A stretch of 64,000 nt of DNA from Mobula hypostoma (Eukaryota). The position numbers and the translations under genes were made by a program. Position 1 is the first letter of the stretch. Each line of letters starts with the position of its first letter. Positions 26,886 through 40,344 of this stretch are shown in pieces. The stretch is from NCBI RefSeq assembly GCF_963921235.1, contig NC_086097.1, forward strand, positions 37,512,001 through 37,576,000, in the 5' to 3' direction. The notes under the pieces are model-generated. The model was not told the DNA's origin and made no database searches. It saw nothing but the letters and a program-made list of their open reading frames with translations.

Positions 26886-28595
26886 AAAACAAGTGCTCTA
26901 CAAAGTGATCATTCAATCTGCATTTGGTTTTTCCAGTGTAGAGGATACTGCATTGTGAACATCAAATCCATAACACTAAACTAGAAGTGCAAGAGCTAAC
27001 CCTCCTTTCCACACTGCATGCATCTTAACAAGTTTCTTTTCTCTCCTCAGTTCTAACAGGTTCTTTAACTCTGTAGCTCTTCTTACACATGCTGCCTGAC
27101 TTTATATCCATTTCCAGCATTTTCTGTTTTTGTTATGGCTGATCTTGTACTTCACGTCCACCTTCCTACCTAATCGCTATATCCTCTGATTCCTTTAAAA
27201 TCTATAACACCTATTGATCTCAGCCTGGAGTATACTTTCTGACTGAAGCATGTGAATGGAATATACCAAAGGTTTACAAACTTTCCCATAAAGCAATTTC
27301 TCCTTATCTTCTACATCCTAAATGGCTGATGCCTTGTTCTCGGACTTGATTTTAAACCTAAGGCCCGGGTACCTGGTGGGGTTGAAAGCCTCACTTCATT
27401 GTAGACATGCATCTGTAACTTCCATGATAATTCATTCAGAACCCACATGCTCTGCCAGTTAATGTCACAGATTGTTTCTTTTAAAAAGGTCAAGAAGTCC
27501 TGGAAATTCTTAAGATTACTGGCAAGATTGTGGTTATGAGAAGTAGTGTGGAACGTGGCTATCTTAGTATTGACTGTGTTTCATTCTTTATGGATGATGT
27601 CTAGCCTCTAGGTAGCAATCTGGATAATCTATTTGCTCTTTGTCTTCGTCCTACCATTGACATTTCATTTGTTCTCCCCACTTCTCCCCAAAATATGCCT
27701 GTTTTTCCAAAGACGCTGAATATTGCCAGTATTAACTGTGAACAATTTTTTTGCTTTACAATAATTGTTAACTAGCATTGACAGAATAATTAATTAACAT
27801 ACTCTGTAAACAAAATGCCTTTAAAATTAAAATTCTGAATTAAATTCTAAATTGTAATTGCTAAGCAAAACTAAATTTCAGAATGATCTCATTCACTCAC
27901 CAATTGCCATGTTCACCAAGTTGGTGACTTCAGCAGTTTGCTTATCTTGCTGTCTTTCAATTACATAAATTACCTATTAGTCTTTGAATGTTGCATGTAT
28001 TGTGTTCATATGAAAAACTCTATAATGACCTGATCTTTTTAAAAAAAAAACTTGCTAGTGCTCCAACCAATTTAGCAATAAGATTATGGGGGGAAAATTC
28101 CTGAAATATGTGCATAATAACTTTTTTAGAAACCAACTAGGGAGCAAGCTATTCTAGACTCAGACATAATAAATTCCCCATGAAAGGAGAAAGGGAGGTG
28201 GTTGAATCAGAAGCTACTGAAGCTAAACAGGAATTGGAAACAATAAGGACATGAGCTCGAATTGTGTATAGCATGAGACTTTTCTAAATGGGTTGATTGA
28301 TGGGCAATGGATGACATGCAAAACAGTGCATTCATAAGTACAATATTTTTTCATTCCTATCTGGACCAAATATGTCAAGAAAGAGCACTTGTCCATGAGT
28401 TACCAACGAAATTAGGAGTAGTATTAGATCTAAAGAGGAGGCATGTGGAATTGCTAGAAAGGTAGTGAGTCTAACAATTGGAAGTTTTTTTAGAATTTAG
28501 CAGTATAGTGCAAGACATAAAAATTACTTCAGATTACTTTATGTTGGAACTGCAACACCTCATATTCTGTCTGGATAGTTTCCATCCTGATGACA

Positions 28596-28705
28596 TGAAC
28601 ATCGATTTTTCTAAAATCCAGTAATCACTTCCCATTGGTTTCAACCCAATGGTTGAACATCGATTTTTCTAAAATCCAGTAATCACTTCCCATTGGTTTC
28701 AACCC
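28596..28705 (+). repeat. 52-bp perfect tandem duplication inside a Penelope fragment
   Basis: 28596-28647 is identical to 28654-28705, separated by the spacer AATGGT. Confidence 0.9.
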
Positions 28706-29092
28706 CTCCCTCTCTTTTTCCATTTCCATGCTCGTTACCCTCTCACCACACTTCCTACCCTATTCTCATGACCTGTCTTAAGAAGCAGAGGAAAAAGATA
28801 CAATACTGAAGCTGTTACTGCGTAAACTAGAAGCACTTAATGAAATAGTCTGTTTGCACTGGAGAATGTACGCCTAATCAAGTTGGCATCAGTCAGGTCA
28901 GCATTTAAGAGTAGATTGGGTGGGTGTTGAAGAAAGAAATAAGATATCATACAAATAGTGCAGACAAATAGAGGTAGGGCAACTGATTATATTTAAGTAA
29001 CAGACTAATTAGGCTTTTTTTTTAACATAAATTGTCATCTGTTTGTAACTTGACTTGAGATTGCAACCTAATTCTTATGATATATTTTTCAG

Positions 29093-29153
29093 CCTGAAAA
29101 GCATTACTCATCTAATGTAACAGACAATCTTCAATCATCCTCAAAAGATAGTG
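29093..29153 (+). CDS. SIX6OS1: SIX6OS1 penultimate exon (phase 0-1): PEKHYSSNVTDNLQSSSKDS(G)
   Basis: tttttcag|CCT acceptor and G|gtaagt donor; HYS motif corresponds to the recalled mammalian EHYS. Confidence 0.82.
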
Positions 29154-29164
29154 GTAAGTAGTCT

Positions 29165-30520
29165 AACCCTTGAAAGTGGTTGGTAAGTTGATGGAAAAGA
29201 TCCTGACAGTCGGGATTTATGAACATTTGGAGAGGCATAATATGATTAGGAATAGTCAGCATGACTTTGTCAAAGGCAGGTCGTGCCTTACGAGCCTGAT
29301 TGAATTTTTTGAGGATGTGACTAAACATATTGATGAAGGTAGAACAGTAGATGTGGTGTATATGGATTTCAGCAAGGCATTTGATAAGGTACCCTATGCA
29401 AGGCTTATTGGAAAAAGTAAGGAGACATGGAATTCAAGGGGACCTTGCTTTGTGGATCCAGAATTGGCTTGCTCACAGAAGGCAAAGAGTATAGACGAGA
29501 CATTCTGCATGGAGGTCGGTGACCAGTGGTGTGCCTCAGGGAAACGTTCTGGGACCCCTTCTCTTTATGATTTTTATAAATGACCTGGATGAGAAAGTGG
29601 GGGGATGGTTTAGTAAATTTGCTGAAGACACAAAGGTTGGATGTGTTGTGGATGGTGTGGAGGGCTACAGAGGGAGGTTACAGTGGGACATCGATAGGAT
29701 GCAAAACTGGACTGAGAAGTGGCAAATGGATTTCAACCCAGATAAGTGTGAGGTAGTTCATTTTGGTAGGTCAAATATGATGGCAGAATATAGTATTAAT
29801 GGTAAGACTTTTGGCAGTGTGGAGGATCAGAGGGATCTTGGGGTCCAAGTCCATAAGACACTCAAAGCTGCTGAGCAGGTTGACTCTGTGGTTAAGAAAG
29901 CATACGGTGCATTGGCCTTCAACTGTGGGATTGAGTTCAAGAACCGAGAGGTAATGTTACAGCTATATAGGACCCTGGTCAGACCCCACTTGGAGTACTG
30001 CGCTCATTTCTGATCACCTCACTACAGGAAGGATGTGGAAACTATAGAAAGGGTGCAGAGGAGATTTACAAGGATGTTGCCTGGATTGGGGAGCATGCCT
30101 TATGAGAATAGGTTGAGTGAACTTGGCCTTTTTCCTTTGGAGCGACAGAGGGTGAGGGGTGACCTGATAGAGGTGTATAAGATGATGAGAGGCATTGATC
30201 GTGTGGATAGTCAGAGGCTTTTTCCCAGGGTTGAAATGGCTAACATGAGAGGGCACAGTTTTAAGTGCTTGGAAGTAAGTGCGGAGGAGATGTCAGGGGT
30301 AAGTTTTTTAAGCAGAGTGTGGTGAGTGTGTGGAATGGGCTGTCAGCGATGGTGGTGGATACGATAGGGTCTTTTAAGAGGCTCCTGGATAGGTACATGA
30401 AGCTTAGAAAAATAGAGGGCTATGGGTAACCCTAGGTAACTTCTAAAGTAAATACATGTTTGGCACAGCATTGTGGGCTGAAGGGCCTGTATTGTGCTGT
30501 AGGTTTTCTATGTTTCTAAC
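29165..30520 (+). mobile_element. 5'-truncated CR1 LINE
   Basis: KGRSCLTSLIEFFE, YMDFSKAFDKV, SGVPQG, LVRPHLEYC and a ttctatg tail. Confidence 0.92.
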
Positions 30521-30614
30521 TGAAACATTGCTGTTTCTTTGGGAGTAAAGGCTGTCCATGAAGGATGTTCTGTTTAGTTGAGAGTTACTGCTATCAAAAA
30601 AAGAGCTTCTGTTG

Positions 30615-32240
30615 TAGCAACACAGACAAAATGCTGGAGGAACTTAGAAGACCTCGCAGCATCTGTGGACAAAAGTAAACAATTGATGTTCCAGGCTGAG
30701 ACACTTCATCAGGACTGGAAATAGAGATGAGAAGTCAGAGTAAAAAGGTGGGAGAAGGGGAAAAAGAAGTACAAGGTGGTAGATGATAGATGAAACCGGG
30801 AGAGGGAAAGGTATGAAGTTGATTGGTAAAAGAGATAAAGGGCTGAAGAAGGGGGAATCTGATAGGAGAGGGTAGAAGACCATGGAAGAAAGGGAAGGAA
30901 GAGGAGCACCAGAGGGAGGTGATGGGCAGTTAAAGAGATCAGGTGAGAGAGGAAAACAGGAATGGGGAATGGTGAAACAGAGGAGGTCATTTATCCAGAA
31001 GTTCAAGAAATGGATGTTTATGCCATCAGATTGGAGGCTACTCAGAATATAAGGTGTTGCTCCTCCAAGCTGAGTGTGGCCTCATCGTGGCAGTAGAGGA
31101 TGCCATGGACTGACATGTCAGAAAGGAAATGGGAAGTAGAATTGAAATGAGTGGCCACCGGGAGGTCCTGCTTTTTCTGGAGGACAGAGCAGAGGTGCAC
31201 AGCGAAGCAGTCTCCCAATATACATTGGGTCTCACATATATACAGGAAGCAACACCAGGAGCACCGGATACATTAGTTGACCCCAATAGTCTCACAGGTG
31301 AAGTGTCATGTCACCTGGAAGGACTGTTTGGGGCCCTGAATGGTAGTGAGGGAGGAGGTGTAGGGGCAGGTGTGGCACTTCTGCTTGCAAGGGTAAGTAC
31401 CAGGGGAGGGACAAATGGTCAAAGGAGTAGCGTAAGGAGCAATCCCTGCGAAAAGCACTAAGGGGTGGAGGGAGGGAAAATGTGCTTGATGGTGAGATCC
31501 CATTGGAGATGGTGGACGTTATGGAGAATTATGTAATTGGTGGGGTTATGGAGACACGGAGGCTAGTGGGTGGTAGGTGAGGCCAAGATGAGCCCTATCC
31601 CTAGTGGGATATTAGGTGGATGGGGTGAGGGCAGACATGCAGAAAATGGAAGAGATGCAGGTAAGGACAGTATTGATGGTGGGAAAAGGAAAACCGCTTT
31701 CTTTGAAGAAGGAAGTCATCTCATTAGTTCTGGAATGAAAAGCCTCCTCCTGAGAGCAGGTGCAGTGGAGACGGAGGAACTGAGAGAAGGGAATGGCATT
31801 TTTACAAGTGACAGGGTAAGAAGAGGTATAGTCCAGCTAGCTGTGAGAATCAGTGGGTTTATAAAATATAAGCTGTCTCCAGAGATAGAGACAGAGAGAT
31901 TGAGAAAGTGGGGGGGGGGGGGATGTCAGAAATGGACCAGGTAAATTTGAGGGCAGGGTGGATGTCAGAGGCAAAGTTGATGAAGTCAACGAGCTCAGCA
32001 TGGGTGCAGGAAGAAGCATCAATGCAGCCATTGATGTGGTGTAGGAAAGGTTGGAGAGTGATACTGTCTTGGAACACAAACTGTTCTAGGTAGCTGACAC
32101 AAAAGCAGGCATAGCTGGAACCCATACAAGTGCCCATGGCTACTCCTTTGTTTTGTAGGAAGTGGGAGAAGCCAAAGGAGAAATTATTGAGGGTGAGGAC
32201 CAGTTCTGCCAGACGGAGGAGAGTGGTGGTGGAGGATAAC
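30615..32240 (-). mobile_element. Penelope-like element (RT end, GIY-YIG, terminal repeat)
   Basis: GVAMGTCMGSSYAC, HPALKFTWSIS and CHTCPYT...IQGPKQSFQV. Confidence 0.85.
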
Positions 32241-32577
32241 AGTTAGGGTTCTACTTTAGCTCCACTTCTGTTTAATCACCTACCTCAACTCCACCAGCAA
32301 GAAATTTGAAAGATTCTACAACATACTATCCATATGCAGGAGTTGCCATCTTTAGTTACCCTCAGCTTTTCCCTTCTGTACTGCAATAACATCCAGATTA
32401 CTTCTCTTGCTTTTATCTTGATGAAAAGCCTCTTTCTACCTTCACTAACATAATTTCCACGTTTCTTTGCCTCATTCCATCCATTATATCTACTTGTAAA
32501 TACCTTGAAATTCAAATGTTTAATATATTATAGTTTAGGAAAATTCATTTTGAAAGTGTTATTTTGAATTTTTATAG

Positions 32578-32735
32578 GAATGGCAAGTCCATCAAGTGAA
32601 CAGCCATTTACATTTTCTTTCCAATCTGATTTATCTTCAAATAATTATGGAAACAGCAAAGATGACTTCAGTTTTGGTTTCTCCTTTGGACAAGATCAGA
32701 GATCAAACCAACCAGGTCCTTTCAAATTCTTTTAA
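32578..32735 (+). CDS. SIX6OS1: SIX6OS1 terminal coding exon: (G)MASPSSEQPFTFSFQSDLSSNNYGNSKDDFSFGFSFGQDQRSNQPGPFKFF*
   Basis: tttatag|GA acceptor and TAA at 32733-32735; FTFSF..SD...KDDFSFxFSFGQ...FxFF* is the characteristic SIX6OS1/C14orf39 C-terminus. Confidence 0.9.
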
Positions 32736-33249
32736 AGTTAAACATCCTTTTCAGACTTCAACTCGTTAATATTAAATCTATATAGATGTTTAATAATGGT
32801 TTTCCTGTTTTGTATTTTGCTTACAATATTTATTTGAACTCTTAATTGAAATAATTGTAATATTTAAGTTCTAATTGCTTTGTTTTTGATTGTTGCTAAT
32901 GTGGATGCCTTTACAATAATTATTGATATGCAATTAATTTGCTTGTTACCTAATCTTAAAAAAACTGGGTCTTGTACTGAAATTCTCCAAGCAAGTATTA
33001 ACATGAAAAAATTGACTGCTTGGTTTAAAATACTTTCTGCTTTCACTCTGTCTTGATTATTTAGTGATGGCATGAATTATCAGTTCTGAATTTACAAAAC
33101 TGAAACATTTCAAATCTATTACCAGCTGTTGTGCAAGAAACAAAAATCTGCTCTCTTAATTTGTTACCGTTTTGATGTTGACTATCTGTAATAATTTCTA
33201 ATGGGCTGTTTAATTTTTGCTGTTAAGTGTCTTTTTGATCAAATGATGA

Positions 33250-33255
33250 ATTAAA
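33250..33255 (+). promoter_or_regulatory. Candidate polyadenylation signal (ATTAAA) for SIX6OS1
   Basis: ATTAAA about 515 nt after the stop codon, followed by a GT/T-rich tract; a second ATTAAA lies at 32771. Confidence 0.3.
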
Positions 33256-33994
33256 ACAGGTGTGTTGCTGCATTTTCTGACCTTTTTTTAAGAAGGACAC
33301 AGGAGCATCAGAGGCTGTTGGCAGTGGGTGGTGCCATATCTTTGAAATTCTGTTTGAAATGTGCATTGAACTTATTGGAGAGGGATGTATTGTTGCTATC
33401 AAAACTGCCCGATTTCTTTGTATAGCCCATTATAGCACGCAAGCCTTGCCATGCATGACAGTTGGTCTAGGACTCTAGTTTGATCAGGTATTGTCTTTTG
33501 ACATCACTGATAGTTTTACAAAGGTCATACTAGATTTCCTGTATAGGTCAGGTCATCCCATCTATCAGTGTAGCTTTGCATTCATCAGGAATGAGTGGTG
33601 TTTGATGCCTTCCTTCATCAATAAGAAAATTAAGTCAGGGATAAAGGCTGAAAATTTATCTTGAATAGCATAAAGTTTACCTGCTGTGCACAATGAATTT
33701 ATTTAGAAAGCTGATTACTGAAAACAATTGAGTATTTCCTGTATTTTACAAATGTTGTAAATTGATTTTGGGTCCTCCATGTGCATGTTGCATTTAAACA
33801 CTTTTGGATTCCAGTGCTACCAAATGTGTGTATATGGCCACTCATGCAGAATTAATCTGACAATGAATGCAGATCACCTTCAACAAACTGTACAGCAAAT
33901 CGAAGGTCATGGAATTGTAAACTGGGAACTACCTGGGAAATCTGCCTCCTTTGTTATGTATAGTTCTTTGTTTTGAGTCTCCCAAACTCCCATC

Positions 33995-36900
33995 CGGGCG
34001 TTAGGAAGGAAGCTGAGAAGCAGGACCTCCAGGGTAGTAATCTCGGGATTGCTACCTGTGCCACGTGCTAGTGAGGGCAAGAATAGTAGGATCAGGCAGA
34101 TGAATGCATGGCTGAAAGACTGGTGCAGGGGGCAGGGCTTCAGATTCTTGGATCATTGGGATCTCTTTTGGGGGAAGTATGACCTGTTCAAAAGGGACGG
34201 GTTACACCTGAACCTGAAGGGGACCAATATCCTGGCGGGAAGGTTTAATAGAGCTGTTAGGGAGGGTTTAAACTAATTTGACAGGGGGATGGGAACCGGA
34301 ATGATAGAGCGGAGGAAGAGGGAAACAGAAATAAATCTAAGATAGTGAGCAGTAAAGATGTCAGGAAAGACAGGCAGGTGATGGGGCAAATTTGCAGCCA
34401 TTGGGATGAGTTGCAGTGCAATCAAAGCAAAAAGTACTAAATACTGGTCTTAAGGTGTTATACTTAAATGCACGCAGCATAAGGAATAAGGTGGATGATC
34501 TCGTCGTACAGCTACAGATTGGCAGGTATGATATTGTGGCCATCACTGAGACGTGGCTAAAGGATGCATGTCTCTGGGAGCTGAACGTCCAAGGATACAT
34601 GGTGTATCGGAAGGATAGGCAGGTAGGCAGAGGGGGTGGTGTGGCTTTATTGGTAAGAAATGATATCAAATCATTAGAAAGAGGTGACATAGGATCGGAA
34701 GGTGCAGAATCTTTCTGGTTTGAGCTAAGAAATCGCAGGGGTAAAAGGACCCTGATAGCAGTTATACACAGGCCTCCAAACAGCTGCAGTGATGTGGACT
34801 ACAAATTACAACAGGAAATAGAAAAGGCTTGTCAGAAAGACTGTTATGATAATTGTGGGGATTTTAACATGCAAGTGGATTGGGAAAATCAGGTTGGCAC
34901 TGGATCTCGAGAGAGAATTTGTAGAATGTCTGCGAGATGGCTTTTTAGAACAGCTTGTTGTTGAGCCCACTAGGAAATCGGCTGTACTGGATTGGGTATT
35001 GTGTAATGAACCAGAGGTGATTAGAGAGATTGTGAAGGAACCCTTAGGAGGCAGTGATCATAACATGATTGAGCTCACTGTGAAATTTGAGAAGGAGAAG
35101 CCAAAATCCGATGTGTCGGTATTTCATTGGAGTAAAGGAGATTACAGTGGCATGAGAGAGGAACTGGCCAAAGTTGACTGGAAAGGGACACTAGCGGGAA
35201 GGATGGCAGAGCAGCAGTGGCTGGAGTTTATGCGAGAAGTGAGGAAGGTGCAAGACACATGTTCCAAAAAAGAAGAAATTTGCGAATGGAAAAAGGATGC
35301 AACCATGGCTAACAAGAGAAGTCAAAGCCAAAGTTAAAGCAAAGGAGAGGGCATACAAGGAAGCAAAAATTAGTGGGAAGACAGAGGATTGGGAAGTTTT
35401 TAAAAGCTTACAAAAGGAAACTAAGAAGATCGTTAAGAGGGAAACGATGAACTATGAAAGGAAGCTAGCAAATAATATCAAAGAGGATACTAAAAGCTTT
35501 TTCAAGTACAAATGTTTGTATATAAAGAGTAAAAGACAGGTGAGAGTAGATATAGGACCAATAGAAAATGATGCTGGAGAAATTGTAATGGGAGATAAGG
35601 AGATGGCGGAGGAACTGAACAAGTATTTTGCATCAGTCTTCACTGAGGAAGACAGCAGTATACCGGACACTCAAGGGTGGCAGGGAAGAGAAGTGTGCGC
35701 AGTCACAATTATGACAGAGAAAGTACTCAGGAAGCTGAATAGTCTAAGAGTAGATAAATCTCCCAGACCAGATGGAATGCACCCTCGTGTTCTGAAGGAA
35801 GTAGCTGTGGAGATTGTGGAGGCATTAACAATGATCTTTCAAAAGTCGATAGATTCTGGCATGGTTCCGGAGGACTGGAAGATTGTAAATGTCACTCTGC
35901 TCTTTAAGAAGGGGGCAAGGAAGCAAAAAGGAAATTATAGACCTGTTAGCTTGACATTAGTAGTTGGGAAGTTGTTGGAGTCGATTGTCGAGGATGAGGT
36001 TATGGAGTACCTGGAGGCATATGACAAGATAGGCAGAACTCAGCAAGATTTCCTTAAAGGAAAATCCTGCCTGACAAACCTATTACAATTTTTTGAGGAA
36101 ATTACAAGTAGGCTAGATAAGGGAGATGCAGTGGATGTTGTATATTTGGATTTTCAGAAGGCCTTTGACAACGTGCCACACATGAGGCTGCTTAACAAGA
36201 TGGAATTACGGGAAAGTTTCATATGTGGATAGGGTGTTGGCTGATTGGCAGGAAATAGAGAGTGGGAATAAAGGGATCCTATTCTGGTTGACTGCTGGTT
36301 ACCAGTGGTGTTCCACAGGGGTCCATGTTGGGACGGCTTCTTTTCACGTTGTACATCAACGATTTGGATTATGGAATAGATGGCTTTGTGGCTAAGTTTG
36401 CTGATGATACAAAGGTAGGTGGAGGGACCAGTAGTGCTGAGGAAACGGAGAGTCTGCAGAGAGACTTGGATAGATTGGGAGAATGGGTAAAGAAGTGGCA
36501 AATGCAATACAGTGTTGGAAAGTGTATGGTTATGCACTTTGGCAGAAGAAATAAACGGGCAGACTATTATTTAAATGGGGAGAGAATTAAAAGTTCTGAA
36601 ATGCAACAGGACTTGGGAGTCCTCGTGCAGGATACCCTTAAGGTTAACCTCCAGGTTGAGTTGGTGGTGAAGAAGGCGAATGCAATGTTGGCATTCATTT
36701 CTAGAGGAATAGAGTATAGGAGCAGGGATATGATGTTGAGGCTCTATAAGGCGCTGGTAAGACCTCACTTGGAGTACTGTGGGCAGTTTTGGGCTCCTTC
36801 TTTAAGAAAGGATGTGCTGATGTTGGAGAGGGTACAGAGAAGATTCACTAGAATGATTCCAGGAATGAGAGGGTTAACATATGAGGAACGTTTGTCTGCT

Positions 36901-37328
36901 CTTGGACTGTATTCCTTGGAGTTTAGAAGAATGAGGGGGGACCTCATAGAAACATTTCGAATATTGAAAGACATAGACAGAGTGAATGTGGCAAAGTTGT
37001 TTCCCATGATGGGGGAGTCTGGTACGAGAGGGCATGACTTAAGGATTGGAGGGCGCCCATTCAGAACAGAAATGCGAAGGAATTTTTTTTAGTCAGAGGG
37101 TGGTGAATCTATGGAATTTGTTGCCACAGGCAGCAGTGGAGGCCAAGTCGTTGGGTGTATTTAAGGCAGAGATTGATAGGTATCTGAATGGCCAGGGCAT
37201 CAAAGGTTATGGTGAGAAGGTGGGGGAGTGGGACTAAATGGGAGAATAGATCAGCTCATGATAAAATGGCGGAGCAGACTCAATGGGCCAAATGGCCGAC
37301 TTCTGCTCCTTTGTCTTATGGTCTTATG
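33995..37328 (+). mobile_element. Near-full-length CR1 LINE (end of esterase-type ORF1, APE and RT), frameshifted
   Basis: ORF1 end DGLHLN..GTNIL; ORF2 motifs YLNARSI, TETWL, SDHN, NYRPVSLT, DFQKAFD and KFADDTK; cttatggtcttatg tail. Confidence 0.95.
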
Positions 37329-37539
37329 ACTCACTACCTTCAGCACCACCCCGTCCCTTCATCTGATTTTAACTTTGATTGGATCCCCATTCACTGCCCA
37401 GCCTTTGAGTTCCTGATTTGCGTTCCCACCTATAACCAATAACACTAAAGACATGAGAGCACAGCAGATTGGAATGCTGGAGTAGTTCTAGGAACTGATG
37501 TTCCATTTCACCAATATCTTGGTCAAAGGACTCCTGAAC

Positions 37540-38905
37540 AAAGTTTAAGGTAAATTTATTATCAAAGTACATCTATTTACCATATACAACTTTACGATTC
37601 ATTTTCTTGCTGCATTCATAGTAAGTACAAAGAAGCATAATAGAATCAGTGAGAAATTGCATACAAAGATGGACAAGCAACCAATGTGCAAAAGACAACA
37701 AATTATGCAAATACAAAAAGAAAAACAAAATAATAATAATAAATAATATTGAGAATATGAGTTATAGAGTCCTTGAATGTAAGTCCGTAGTTTGTGGAAT
37801 CAGTTCAGTGTTGGGGGTGAGTGAAGTTATCCACTCTGGTTCAGGAGCCTGATGGTTGAGGGGTAGTAACTGTTCCTGAACCTGGTGGTGTGGTACCTAA
37901 AGCTCCTATACCTCCTTTCTGATGGCAGCAGCGAGAAGCAAACATGGCCTGGATGGTGTGAGTCCTTGATGATGGATGCTGCTTTGCTATGACAGCACTC
38001 CTTGCAGATGTTCTCAGCGGTTTGGAGGGTTTGGGTTGTGATGGACTGGGCTCTATCCACTACTTTTATAGGCTTTTCCTTTTAGGATATTGGTATTTCC
38101 ATACCAGACAGCAATGCAACCAGTATACTCTCCACCTTGTACCTATAGATGTTTATCATAGTTTTAGATGACATGTGGAATCTTCACAAAATTCTAAGAG
38201 AGACATTTTCATGCTCTTTTTGTAATGGCTCTTATGTGCTGGACCCAAGACATATCCTCTGAAATGATAACATTAAGGAATTTAATGTTACTAATCCTGT
38301 CCACCTCTGATGCCCTGATGAGGACTGGCTCCTGGATGTCCAGTTTCCTCCTCCTCTAATCAATAAGCTCTTTGGTTTTGCTGATGTTGAATGAGAGGTT
38401 GTTGTGGCACCATTCAGACAGATTTTAAATTACCTTCCTATATGCTGAATCATCACCATCTTTGATTTGGCCAGCAACGGTAGTGTTGTCAGCAATAAGT
38501 GTAAAGTGAGTAGATAGGGGGCAAAGCACACAGCCTTGTGGTGTACTTGTGCTGATGGTGATTGTGGAAATGTAATAGCCAATCCAAACTGACTGGGGTC
38601 TGCAAATGAGGAAATTGAGGATTCAGTTGCACAAAGAGGCATTATGGCAGAGGTCTTGGAGCTTATTGATTCATTTTGAGCCAATGATAGTGTTGAATGC
38701 AGAGCTGTAGACAACGAAGAACATCCTGATGTATGCATCTTCACTGTCCTGATGTTCCAGGGTTGAGGAAAGAGCCAATGAAATTCTATCTGCTGATAAC
38801 CTGTTTTGACAGTAGGCAAAATGGAATGGATTCAAGTCACTTCTCAGGCAGGAATTTCATCACCAGCCTCTCAAAGCATTTCATCACAGTGGATGTAAGT
38901 GCTAC
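37540..38905 (-). mobile_element. Rex1/Babar-type LINE, decayed
   Basis: KAASIIKDSHHPGH..FSLLPS.RRYRS; minus-strand tail gataataaatttaccttaaacttt. Confidence 0.82.
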
Positions 38906-39169
38906 TTAGTCTTAGCCTTCCTGGCCCAAAATGAAAAGGCAGTAGTAAGTGATGGTCAGGGAGGATCTAATCCTAATACTGGATGAAGTCTAATGACCTC
39001 ATATGTGTGGTTAAATATATCAACAAGGCCCTTCTGCAAAGAAAAGCACCACTGAACATTACCCTGTCAAAGCACCACATCCTCAATACCCAGCAATTAA
39101 CATTCTTTCGTAAAACCCATTTCACCTCATTGTAATGTATCATATACAGCAATTACAACGTTCATATAT

Positions 39170-40339
39170 ACAAACACAAGAGATTCTGCAGATGCTGAAA
39201 ATCCAGAGCAACACACTTAAAATGCTGGAGGACTCAGCAGGTCAGGCAGGATCTATGGAAAAGAGTGAACATTCTGGGTCAAGACCCTTCTTCAGGACTG
39301 GAAAGGAAGAGGGAAGATGCTGGAATAAAAATGTGGGAGTAGGGAAAGGAGGGCTAGCTAGAAGGTGATAGGTGAAGCCAGTAGGTGGGATGGGTAAAGA
39401 GCAGGAGAAGAAGGAACTTGATAGGAGATAAGAGTGGACCACAGGAATAAGGAAAGGAGGGACACCAAGGAGAGGTGATAGGCAGGTGAGGAGAAGAGGT
39501 AAGAGGCCAGAATGGGGAATAGAAGAAAAGGGAAGAGGAAGGGGAAAAAATTACCAGAAAGAGAAATTGGTGCTCATATTATCAGATTGGAGGCTACCTA
39601 GGTGGAATATGAGTGTTGCTCCCCTTGAGAGTCGCCTCACCGTGGCAAAAGAGAAGGCCATGGAGTGACATGCTGGAACAGGAATGGGGTTAGGAATTAA
39701 AATGGTTGGCTAAAGAGAAATTTTGCTTTTGGCACATGGAGCAGAAGTGCTCAACAAAACAGTCCCCTGATTTACGTTGAGGAGGTTGCATCAGGAGGAC
39801 TGGATACAATGACACCAACAGATTCGCAGGTGAAGTGTTGCCTCACCTGGAAGGACTGTTTGGGGCCCTGAATAGAGGTAAAAGAGGAGATGAATGGGCA
39901 GGTGTAGCATTTCTGTTGTTTGCAGGGATTTGTGCCAGGTAGGAGATTAGTGGGGAGGGACGAATAAATAAAAGAATCACAGAGGGAGTGTCCCCAGTGG
40001 AGAGTGGGGTGGGGGGTGAGGTAAAGATGTGTTTAGTGGCAGGATCCAATTGATCGTGGAAATTGTGGAGAATGATGTGCTAGGTGTGGAGGCTCATGGG
40101 GTGGTTGGTGAAGATAAGATGAACTCTATTTCTTTTAAGAGGGTGGGAAGATGGATAGAGCGCAAATGTCCAGGAAATGGAGGAGATGCAAGTGAGGGCA
40201 CCATCAATGGAGCAGGAAGGGAAACTTCATTTCTTAAAGAAGAGGAGGATATCTTTGATATCCTGAAAAGGAAAGCCTCATCCTGGGAATGGGTATGTTG
40301 GAGACAAAGGAACTGAGAAAAATGAATGGCATTTTACAA
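39170..40339 (-). mobile_element. Penelope-like element, truncated at the HERO-like insertion
   Basis: Collinear with the 30615-32240 copy; similarity stops at gaatggcattttacaa (40339). Confidence 0.82.
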
Positions 40340-40344
40340 ATATA

